This document shows positions 8,686 through 16,115 of a stretch of 24,000 nucleotides of DNA, piece by piece. A program made the position numbers and the translations under genes. The stretch is from positions 143,887-167,886 of the forward strand of contig CAYQIM010000038.1 of NCBI GenBank assembly GCA_964417555.1, written 5' to 3'. The notes below the pieces were generated by a model, which saw only the letters and a program-made list of their open reading frames with translations, searched no databases and was not told the origin of the DNA. Each line of letters opens with the position of its first letter. Position 1 is the stretch's first letter. The DNA comes from Rickettsiella sp. (lineage in GTDB: Bacteria > Pseudomonadota > Gammaproteobacteria > Diplorickettsiales > Diplorickettsiaceae).

Positions 8686-8792
8686 TGAAAAAACGAACTC
8701 GCCAATGGCTTTGGTTCATTGGTCTCTATATTGCAGGCATCGTAACAGTCGCTATTGTATCAACTTTATTGCGTTGTTTGATTCCACATTAG
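8685..8792 (+). CDS. 35-aa single-TM protein, DUF2474-like accessory ORF of CIO-type bd oxidase operons (absent from the ORF track)
   Basis: ATG at 8685 to TAG at 8790-8792 translates to MKKRTRQWLWFIGLYIAGIVTVAIVSTLLRCLIPH. This gives a basic N-terminus followed by one hydrophobic helix. It lies 41 nt after cydB, with GAAGAG 7 nt upstream as a weak Shine-Dalgarno. Confidence 0.5.
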   Translation: MKKRTRQWLWFIGLYIAGIVTVAIVSTLLRCLIPH

Positions 8793-8797
8793 TTCTT

Positions 8798-8811
8798 TTG
8801 AGTATACTCAA
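8798..8811. repeat. Perfect 14-bp palindrome TTGAGTATACTCAA (same AGTATACT core)
   Basis: It is self-complementary as read in the sequence and lies 6 nt after the small-ORF stop. Confidence 0.85.
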
Positions 8812-8843
8812 AGCAATTGGCTTGCAGCCGAAAATTCGGGTGA

Positions 8844-8857
8844 GAAGAGTATACTTA
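8844..8857 (+). repeat. 14-bp direct repeat GAAGAGTATACTTA, copy C
   Basis: It is identical to 8672-8685. Its last 3 nt are the stop codon (TTA on +) of the convergent 421-aa gene. It sits in the loop of a TGCAGCC/GGCTGCA inverted repeat (8823-8829 and 8858-8864). Confidence 0.85.
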
Positions 8858-10120
8858 GGCTGCAGGGGCTACCGAGTGAACATATCCCTCCAGTGTAATA
8901 ATTTTTTTGCCTTCTGGAGTGTGTTTGAAGAAAAAGTTGTTTTTATCTTCTTTCGAAGCGATAAAGTTTGGAATTATCTTCGCTATTTCATGCAATATTC
9001 TATATAAATAGGTAAGTTGTTCTAAATTAGGTTGGTTAGCTTCTTTGTAGTTTTTAATGATATCTTCACTTTCAATTTTAAATTTTTTGAAATCTTCTAA
9101 TAATTTTTCTCTATTGTCATTTACTGTAGCTAATTTTATCGTGAAATAATTATTTACTACCGTGTGCAATTTTTCTTTTACCGTTGGATCAAGGATGTTA
9201 TCAATTAATTGAAGTAATTTTAGATATTTCTCTTTTATTGGGCTCAGTTTTTTAGTTAGCTTTTTTGTCTCTTCGTATATAGACATTATTTGGTCTTCAA
9301 CAATAAAAAAACCTGGTTCTTTTCCTTGATAGCCCCAGTTAAAGGCTTTGAAAGCTTGTTTTTCATCCCGTTCGTTAATTTTTATACCAATGTAAGTATC
9401 TATCAAGTTATAAACATCTGATTCAGATTTTTCTGGAAAGTGCTTTTTAATGCTATGGACAACTCGTGCGTAAAATAGGCTTGCTTTTGAAATAGTTTCC
9501 GGATTAAAGTCATTTGTAATTAAAGGGATAATTGAACTTTTAATATTATCTAATTCAGAGCTAACAGAGCTAAGCTTTTGAGCCTCTAATATGACTGTTT
9601 CTGCGGAAAGAAAATTCGAGGCTTCGAAATTGCTAACTAAAATATTTTTTAAGATATAAAAAAAATTACTAATTTCAGGGCCTTTATTTTCATTGTTATC
9701 AAGGCGGTTAGTCTCATTTTGTAGCGATTCTATAACAGTATCAACTTGGCGCAATATAGTTTGTTTAATATTCTCTATTTTTTTTATTGCTGCTTTAACT
9801 GTTAAGCCCGCCTCTCCTTGTTGAAGCTCAGCAAATTTTACCGGAAGCCCCTTTATGGGGTCGGTGAGTGTTAAATTGAATTTGCTTAGTGTATCTTTTT
9901 TTGCAATAGCTTCTTTTTTAGACTTTGTCTTATCTGTATGTCTTACGATAAAATTACCAGATTGAAGCTCGAATTCAACTTCATTTAGGGAGGAATTTAG
10001 GACAGAGGAAGATGATCTGGCTTCCCAAAACGTATCTGAAGAAGGACAATCTCTAATGAATTTTATTAAACAGGCAATATTAAAAACGAGACTATCGGGC
10101 AAAGCCAAAGCATTTTTCAT
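8855..10120 (-). CDS. Hypothetical protein, 421 aa, no recognisable domain (helical, K/E/N-rich)
   Basis: A long uninterrupted ORF lies in very AT-rich DNA. I recognise no catalytic motif, signal peptide or TM segment. Confidence 0.6.
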   Translation of the reverse strand: MKNALALPDSLVFNIACLIKFIRDCPSSDTFWEARSSSSVLNSSLNEVEFELQSGNFIVRHTDKTKSKKEAIAKKDTLSKFNLTLTDPIKGLPVKFAELQQGEAGLTVKAAIKKIENIKQTILRQVDTVIESLQNETNRLDNNENKGPEISNFFYILKNILVSNFEASNFLSAETVILEAQKLSSVSSELDNIKSSIIPLITNDFNPETISKASLFYARVVHSIKKHFPEKSESDVYNLIDTYIGIKINERDEKQAFKAFNWGYQGKEPGFFIVEDQIMSIYEETKKLTKKLSPIKEKYLKLLQLIDNILDPTVKEKLHTVVNNYFTIKLATVNDNREKLLEDFKKFKIESEDIIKNYKEANQPNLEQLTYLYRILHEIAKIIPNFIASKEDKNNFFFKHTPEGKKIITLEGYVHSVAPAA

Positions 10121-10168
10121 TATTTGCTTCTCTATTAAACAACCTCCTTGTATATTAAATTATTTTTA

Positions 10169-10196
10169 ACTATACTAGATGTAAAATTTTTTGCAA
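10169..10196 (-). promoter_or_regulatory. Putative sigma70 promoter for the 421-aa gene
   Basis: On the minus strand the sequence reads TTGCAA, then 16 nt, then TATAGT. An AAGGAGG lies downstream (10143-10149), but it is 22 nt from the ATG. Confidence 0.3.
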
Positions 10197-10250
10197 TGCC
10201 TTATTATATGGACTTATTAACTTAGTCATGTATAGAACAATGTGTTTTTT

Positions 10251-11342
10251 CTAATGAAGAAGTTTCAAACGAAGTATTTGTTTGCTGAGTTTCAAAGGCT
10301 GGAAAAAAGTAGTGTGAGAAACTAAAGAAAAATTTTTTTCATCTAAGTTCAGACTATCTAATGCTTTTGATGTTTTTTTACTGTAAATATGGATAGCTTT
10401 CTCCAATTCTTTTTTCTTATCGCCCTCGTTGAATTGCAATTCAAATTTAGCCCAAAGTACAATCGAAAAGTAATTTATGGGTTCAAATAACTGTATTCGC
10501 TGTTTTAAACTTCTAATTTCATTCTCGTCTAGCGTTATTTTTCCAGATCGCTGATAACTATCGAGAAAAATTTTTCTATTTTCTTCGTTGAAGTCGGAAA
10601 CACAGAATAAACGTGCTATATCGTAGGCCGGATCTTCGAGACTAGAAACTTCCCAATCTATCAGTTGCATGGTCCCGCCGGTCTCAATTAAATTGCTATG
10701 ATGCAGATCGCCATGTGATGGACGTTCTATGACATTAAATTTGGCAAGAATATTTCTAATTTTGGTTATTTTTTCTAAAATAGGCTTATCCTGTTCATTT
10801 AAAATTTTTTGTATGTTTACAAAGCTTTTTGATTTAGCATCAACGAAAGAAAATGGTGTCTCTGGATTTTTTTTAAATTGACCCGAATAATAATGAAGTT
10901 TTTTTACAAGTTTAGCAACAGCTTTAATTTTTTCTCGGCTTTTTAAGTCATCTAGGGTTACAAGTCGATAATGAGTAATAAAGCATGTGACTAATAAGTT
11001 GTGTTTAGAATAGTAAGCGACTGGTTCTAAAGGGCATAAATTGACATCTCGAGCTTGCTTTAGATTGTTAACTTCAATTGAGAGGTTACGTACAAGAGGA
11101 TTAGTCAATTTAGGAAAACGTAAAACTAAATCGTTAATCTGATAAGTTGCATTAGAGTACCTTCCGGGGATTTTAATACATTTTTTGGGATTATTGAGTT
11201 TCGAACTAAGTAATTCTTTAAGGCAGGGCTTGTTAAACAATGCAGTTGTTGTTTCTTCCGCTTCCATTGTTAAATCTTGTAAGGCGGCAGTGAGCTGCTG
11301 TTTTTCTGAGATTAAATAAGAGGTTTTTTTACTATTCAGCAT
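10251..11342 (-). CDS. Choline/ethanolamine-kinase-like (LicA/ThiK-type, APH fold) phosphotransferase
   Basis: The 363-aa ORF has the Brenner catalytic motif HGDLHHSNLI and the choline-kinase-type motif LIDWEVSSLEDPAYDIARLF. Its N-lobe segment is GRYSNATYQINDLVLRFP. An AGGA Shine-Dalgarno lies 6 nt upstream of the ATG. Confidence 0.75.
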   Translation of the reverse strand: MLNSKKTSYLISEKQQLTAALQDLTMEAEETTTALFNKPCLKELLSSKLNNPKKCIKIPGRYSNATYQINDLVLRFPKLTNPLVRNLSIEVNNLKQARDVNLCPLEPVAYYSKHNLLVTCFITHYRLVTLDDLKSREKIKAVAKLVKKLHYYSGQFKKNPETPFSFVDAKSKSFVNIQKILNEQDKPILEKITKIRNILAKFNVIERPSHGDLHHSNLIETGGTMQLIDWEVSSLEDPAYDIARLFCVSDFNEENRKIFLDSYQRSGKITLDENEIRSLKQRIQLFEPINYFSIVLWAKFELQFNEGDKKKELEKAIHIYSKKTSKALDSLNLDEKNFSLVSHTTFFQPLKLSKQILRLKLLH

Positions 11343-11427
11343 AATAAATCCTTTTTAATTCTAATTTTCTGAGATTGATAACAATTTCTTGCAACGGTTT
11401 TATTTTTATGGGCGACATTTAAGCGAA

Positions 11428-11454
11428 ATAAAATATCTATTATAGATATTTTAT
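11428..11454. promoter_or_regulatory. 27-bp AT-rich palindrome in the divergent kinase-like/def promoter region
   Basis: ATAAAATATCTA-TTA-TAGATATTTTAT has perfect 12-bp arms. Its function is unknown. Confidence 0.3.
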
Positions 11455-11586
11455 CAGAACATTCTAATGATATCTGCTAAAATACAGTGATTGACTAAAG
11501 GTATTAAACTTAGGAAAATCTCGCTGATTAGGAATAGCTTACCCTTTCCCATGTCCGAACGTTAAGAGTAGTAAGTAGTAAAAATT

Positions 11587-12096
11587 ATGACGATACATTC
11601 GATTATTCATTTGCCTGATGCACGTTTGCGTGCGCCTACGGATATAGTTACTATTTTTGATGCGAATTTACAGCAGTTAATCGATGACATGTTTGAAACG
11701 ATGTATGCTGCCAAAGGAATTGGTTTGGCAGCACCTCAGATTGCTATCAATAAAAAGCTTGCTGTTGTTGATGTGTCTAATGATAAATCGTCGACTCTAT
11801 GCTTAATCAATCCAGAAATCATTGCAAAGCGTGGTGAAGCGCTTATGGAAGAAGGTTGTTTGTCAGTTCCAGGAGTTTATGACAAAGCACCACGAGCACT
11901 CTGGGTTAAATTATCTTCCATGGATAGAAATGGAAAGCCTTATGTAGTAGAAGCTGAAGGCCTATTAGCTCACTGTATTCAGCATGAAATAGATCATCTC
12001 AATGGAAAACTATTTGTAGATTATTTATCGCCTCTTAAACGCCAATTAGCGCGTAAAAAACTAGAGAAAATAAAAAAACGACAGGGTAACTCTTGA
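11587..12096 (+). CDS. def: Peptide deformylase
   Basis: The 169-aa ORF has all three PDF motifs: GIGLAAPQ, EGCLSVPG and HEIDHLNG. Confidence 0.95.
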   Translation: MTIHSIIHLPDARLRAPTDIVTIFDANLQQLIDDMFETMYAAKGIGLAAPQIAINKKLAVVDVSNDKSSTLCLINPEIIAKRGEALMEEGCLSVPGVYDKAPRALWVKLSSMDRNGKPYVVEAEGLLAHCIQHEIDHLNGKLFVDYLSPLKRQLARKKLEKIKKRQGNS

Positions 12097-13028
12097 ATAT
12101 TATTTTTGCCGGCACTCCTGAATTTGTGTTACCAAGTTTGCAGCGCTTATTACTATCTGAGCATCGAGTTCTTGCGGTCTATACACAACCTGATCGACCC
12201 AAAGGGCGAGGTCGTCATTTGTTAATGAGCCCTATTAAGCAATTTGCATTAGAAAAAAATCTTCCTGTTTGTCAGCCTATATCATTACGTAATGCTGACG
12301 AACAGGAAAAATTAAAGGAGTGGGCAGCAGATCTCATGGTTGTGGTTGCTTATGGTCTTATTTTACCTAAACCCGTTTTAGCTATTCCCCCTTTAGGCTG
12401 TATAAATATTCATGCCTCATTATTGCCCCGCTGGCGTGGAGCAGCACCGATTCAGCGGGCTATTTTAGCGGGTGATACTGAAACAGGCGTTAGCATTATG
12501 CAAATGGATGAAGGCTTGGATACCGGACAAGTTTTACAGAGTGTTGCCTGTGAAATAGAGGAGACGGATACGAGTCAAATCCTACAAGATCGTTTAGCCC
12601 GGTTAGGGGCTGAGGCCTTAATAACGAGTTTACATGCCATCCAACAAGGAAACTATCAACTAAAAACGCAAGACAATAATGAAAGTACCTATGCCAAGAA
12701 AATAGATAAGGCAGAGGCAGAGATTAATTGGCAGCAAAGTGCTGAGATTATTGATAGAATGGTGCGTGCATTCAACCCGAAACCTATAGCTTACACGTTT
12801 ATCAATAAACTTTTATTGCGTGTTTGGTCAGCAACGGTCTTAGATCAAACATCCCACCATCCTCCAGGCGTTATAGTGAAGGTGGCTTCCGAAGGAATTG
12901 ATGTAATGACAGCTTGCGGAATAGTACGTTTATTACAATTACAATTACCCGGAGGACGCTGTTTACCTGTTTCTGAACTTCTTCATTCAAAATCGCATTT
13001 ATTTCGTGTCGATACACTTTTAGGTTAA
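12093..13028 (+). CDS. fmt: Methionyl-tRNA formyltransferase
   Basis: The 311-aa ORF has a TTG start overlapping the def stop (TTGA). It has IIFAGTPEF, the HASLLPRWRGAAPI formyltransferase motif, and def-fmt synteny. Confidence 0.95.
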   Translation: MNIIFAGTPEFVLPSLQRLLLSEHRVLAVYTQPDRPKGRGRHLLMSPIKQFALEKNLPVCQPISLRNADEQEKLKEWAADLMVVVAYGLILPKPVLAIPPLGCINIHASLLPRWRGAAPIQRAILAGDTETGVSIMQMDEGLDTGQVLQSVACEIEETDTSQILQDRLARLGAEALITSLHAIQQGNYQLKTQDNNESTYAKKIDKAEAEINWQQSAEIIDRMVRAFNPKPIAYTFINKLLLRVWSATVLDQTSHHPPGVIVKVASEGIDVMTACGIVRLLQLQLPGGRCLPVSELLHSKSHLFRVDTLLG

Positions 13029-13033
13029 AACAC

Positions 13034-14326
13034 ATGACTAACCCCCGTGCATTGGCAGCGCAAATAATTGCGCGGGTATTAACAGAAGGGATATCACTGA
13101 CAGAGGCTTTTGCGCAAGGTTTGATAAGGGTAAAAGATTCTCGAGATAGGGGTTTTATCCAAGAATTATGCTTTGGTGTAATACGCTGGTATGGTCCGCT
13201 GAGACAGATTTGTTCTTATTTATTAAAAAGGCCATTAAGTAATAATGACCAAGATATTTATGCATTATTGTTAATTGGGCTTTATCAATTTATTTATTTA
13301 AAGACAGCAGCTCATGCGGCGGTTCATGAAACAGTACAATCTGCAAAAGAACTTAAGAAAAATTGGGCTGTACCACTTATTAACGGCGTACTGCGCTCCT
13401 TTCAACGCCAACAAGCCGGATTATTAAAAAAATTGTCGCGGGAGGTACAGTATGCACATCCCGCTTGGTTCATAAAAAAATACAGCAAGCTTGGCCACAG
13501 GACTGGCAAGCTATTATTGAAGCTAACAACCAAGCACCACCCATGAGTTTGCGTGTTAATCAGTTAAAAGATTCGCGAGAGGGCTATTTACAAAAACTGC
13601 AAGAAAAAGCGATAGCGGCGCGATCTAGCGAGATTAGTGAGGTTGGAATTCTACTTAATGAAGCCTGTAATGTGTTTGGCTTACCAGGATTTTCAGAAGG
13701 AGAAGTCTCTGTACAAGATACTTCTAGCGGCTGTTTTATTGTTATTGCAGCCTAATCAATCTATATTAGATGCATGCGCTGCGCCAGGGGGTAAATTTGC
13801 CCATATATTAGAGAGGCAACCCGATTTAAAAGCCTGTGTAGCGGTTGACCAGGATGAGGATCGGTTAAGTAAAGTTGCTGAAAACCTTGCGCGTTTGAAA
13901 TTGATGAGTAATAAGGTGAAATTGATTTGTGCGAAAGCACAAACACTTAAAAGTTGGCAAGATGAATTATTTGATAGAATTTTATTAGATGCTCCTTGCT
14001 CTGGAAGCGGTATTATTCGTAGGCATCCCGATATCAAGCTATTACGTAGAGAAGAAGATATTTCTAAACTTGCAAAGCAGCAACTTGAACTTTTACTAGG
14101 ACTTTGGCCGCTACTTAAACCAAATGGTTTTTTACTCTATGCGACCTGTTCTGTTTTGCCTGAGGAAAACCAGCAGGTTATCCAGCGTTTTTTATCACAA
14201 CAGCCTGATGCCAAAGAAGATATTATCGATGCAGAATGGGGAGTGGCTTGTGAACGAGGGCGGCAAATTTTCCCACAGATTCGTGGTACAGATGGATTTT
14301 ATTATGCTAGATTGTTAAAAAAATAA
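13034..14326 (+). pseudogene. rsmB: 16S rRNA (cytosine967-C5)-methyltransferase RsmB/Sun, interrupted by two frameshifts
   Basis: Three ORF fragments (13034..13546, 13465..13755 and 13637..14326) lie in frames 2, 1 and 2. Together they give a collinear RsmB of about 431 codons: the NusB-like N-domain, AWPQDWQAIIEANNQ, LPGFSEGEVSVQD, the SAM motif DACAAPGGK, DAPCSGSG, and PEEN near ATCS. The first shift is at the A7 run 13474-13480 and the second near 13724-13733. Confidence 0.85.
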
Positions 14327-14869
14327 ATGAGTTATGTTATGAAAATAAAACTATCTTTTCTTAGTTGTTTGCTTTTAATAAGTCCTTTTTTGCTTTCTGC
14401 TTGTACAACATCTACGATGCAACAAAGCAATAATCTGCATGCTGTTAGCATTGAAAAAAGAAAAACAGTGGCTAAGAAAAATAAAGAATCGCCACCCCCA
14501 TTGATTCAAGTAATCCAAAGTCCTGACCGTCTACGAATTGTTCTTTATAGTGATGTTTGTTTTCAGGACAATAGCCGCTTAACTGCGGAATGTTCACAGC
14601 AACTTGCTACTACGATGAAGTTAATAAAGCATTATGGCGATAGTCTTATTCAAGTAGTGGGTTATACCGACGACATCTATGACCCGAAAATGGCAGCTGA
14701 AATTTCACAGCGACAAGCGGATACCGTGGTCGCTTTTTTATGGTCAAAAGGGATTGGCTCTCAGCGTTTACGTGCAGTAGGATTTGGTAATCATGATCCT
14801 ATTGCGAGTAATCAAAGTGTAAAGGCTAGTGCAGCTAATCGACGTGTGGAAATTATGCTAGTGAAATAA
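14327..14869 (+). CDS. OmpA-family (peptidoglycan-binding OmpA_C-like) lipoprotein
   Basis: It has a signal peptide with lipobox LSAC. The C-terminal OmpA-like domain reads VVGYTDD...RQADTVVAFL...GFGNHDPIASN...NRRVEI. An alternative start is the ATG at 14339 (MKIKL...). Confidence 0.8.
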   Translation: MSYVMKIKLSFLSCLLLISPFLLSACTTSTMQQSNNLHAVSIEKRKTVAKKNKESPPPLIQVIQSPDRLRIVLYSDVCFQDNSRLTAECSQQLATTMKLIKHYGDSLIQVVGYTDDIYDPKMAAEISQRQADTVVAFLWSKGIGSQRLRAVGFGNHDPIASNQSVKASAANRRVEIMLVK

Positions 14870-15011
14870 GAACGTGTCTTCAAATACACGATGACAGCCA
14901 AAAACATTATTTTTCTGTGTTTCGCTACTCACATACCTCATGTATGCTCCGTTGCGTTACTAGAAAAAACAATGTTTTTTGTCTCGTCCTAACACATTTG
15001 AAGCCACGTTC
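14870..15011 (+). repeat. MITE-like palindromic intergenic element, copy 2 (142 bp)
   Basis: It aligns along its full length with copies 1 and 3. It is flanked by TAA at 14867-14869 (the OmpA-like stop codon) and TAA at 15012-14. Confidence 0.9.
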
Positions 15012-15014
15012 TAA

Positions 15015-15914
15015 TTATCCCGTATTAGCAAGTACCAAGCCGCTAGTTTCTGTGTAGGTATTTAAGAAATTCACAGGAGTGGAGTAATAAATAATACTAG
15101 CATCCTTAGCTAAAGCGCTTAGTTTGTTTTTAATAGTGACTTCAGCATAGGCTTGGTTTTTTGTTTTGATAAAGCCATTATCCGATCGTAGTTGTTTGGC
15201 AAATAGATGTGTTTTTTTTGAAAGATTAACGTCTAAGTTTTTGGTAATACCAGCTAAAAAAATTCTTCCATTACCACTGCCATTTATTTGTAAATAAGGG
15301 CTGTCTAGCCAGTAAATGTTGAGATCGCCGTTACCAGTAACATTGAGCTTATGTAAGGCAATATCTCCTCCTAGCCTAATTTTTCCTGCACTTTCGTTTT
15401 GAATGGTTAGATTAGAGCTAACAATATTATGAAGCGTAATATTGACTTTGTTGCCGGCATAAAGCGATTTTAAATCGAGTTTCTTTGTACAAAGTTTAAT
15501 GCAACCTTCTCCTGTTGCGGTGAGAGACAATGTTCCTGTTAAACCTTTGCCAAATAAGCTGCCATTGCTATTAAAATTGATTTGGTTTAGTTGCGAGGGT
15601 GTAATATTTAACCTGATACTTAAACGATCTCCTTTACGTGGCCAATAAGTCCATTTTGTTCCAAGATAGAGTATATGATTTTTTATTTTCCAATTTACTG
15701 CAGCAACGGTTTTTGGGTCGCCAAAGACTTGTAAGGAAGGTGTTGAAGGCTTTATTTGGGTCTGAGTATCGATGATGACATTGACCGGACCTTGAATAAC
15801 TAATCCAGAAAAAAATGGAGTAGATACATTTTTGACGACTAAGGGAGGGGGAGCTGCAATTACAGGGGTAGAGAAAAAGAAGCAGATGGCAAATAGGCAG
15901 GCCAATGGTTTCAT
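15015..15914 (-). CDS. Secreted DUF2807 / GIN-domain-like beta-helical protein
   Basis: The 299-aa ORF has a signal peptide (MKPLACLFAICFFFSTPVIA). It has repetitive G-x-G strand-turn segments (TGNGDLNIY, GSGNGRIFL) and a terminal SIIYYSTP-type motif reminiscent of DUF2807. The family assignment is from memory. Confidence 0.6.
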   Translation of the reverse strand: MKPLACLFAICFFFSTPVIAAPPPLVVKNVSTPFFSGLVIQGPVNVIIDTQTQIKPSTPSLQVFGDPKTVAAVNWKIKNHILYLGTKWTYWPRKGDRLSIRLNITPSQLNQINFNSNGSLFGKGLTGTLSLTATGEGCIKLCTKKLDLKSLYAGNKVNITLHNIVSSNLTIQNESAGKIRLGGDIALHKLNVTGNGDLNIYWLDSPYLQINGSGNGRIFLAGITKNLDVNLSKKTHLFAKQLRSDNGFIKTKNQAYAEVTIKNKLSALAKDASIIYYSTPVNFLNTYTETSGLVLANTG

Positions 15915-16115
15915 AAGTTTATCTCTTTCTTATTATTTTTTTAAGGATAATACCTTTTTTGTACAAATTTTACTATAGAAGGAAAAGCTATATTCTGTGT
16001 ACTAATTCACAAGCCACTCGTCAATTTTCCACTGAAGCTGCTCTCATTGCTATATTTTTCCTTAAGCTTATTAGGTTATAATCCCAAACTTACTGCGCCT
16101 ATCGATTGAGCATTT

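Noticed and set aside
8648-9007. 119-aa plus-strand ORF after cydB
   Set aside because: It overlaps the better-supported 35-aa DUF2474-like frame and the 3' end of the convergent 421-aa gene. The translation is low-complexity with no recognisable features.
10200-10219. Tandem CTTATTA repeats (TAATAAG on the minus strand) upstream of the 421-aa gene, considered as a PmrA-type TTAATATT tandem box
   Set aside because: The repeat period is 13 nt rather than the approximately 11 nt I recall for PmrA boxes. The match to the consensus is partial, and the distance to the candidate -10 is too long.
11564-11570. AAGAGTA upstream of def, considered as a possible att-like partner of the 14-bp GAAGAGTATACTTA repeat at the other islet edge
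   Set aside because: Only a 7-mer is shared, and several such matches are expected by chance in 24 kb on both strands.
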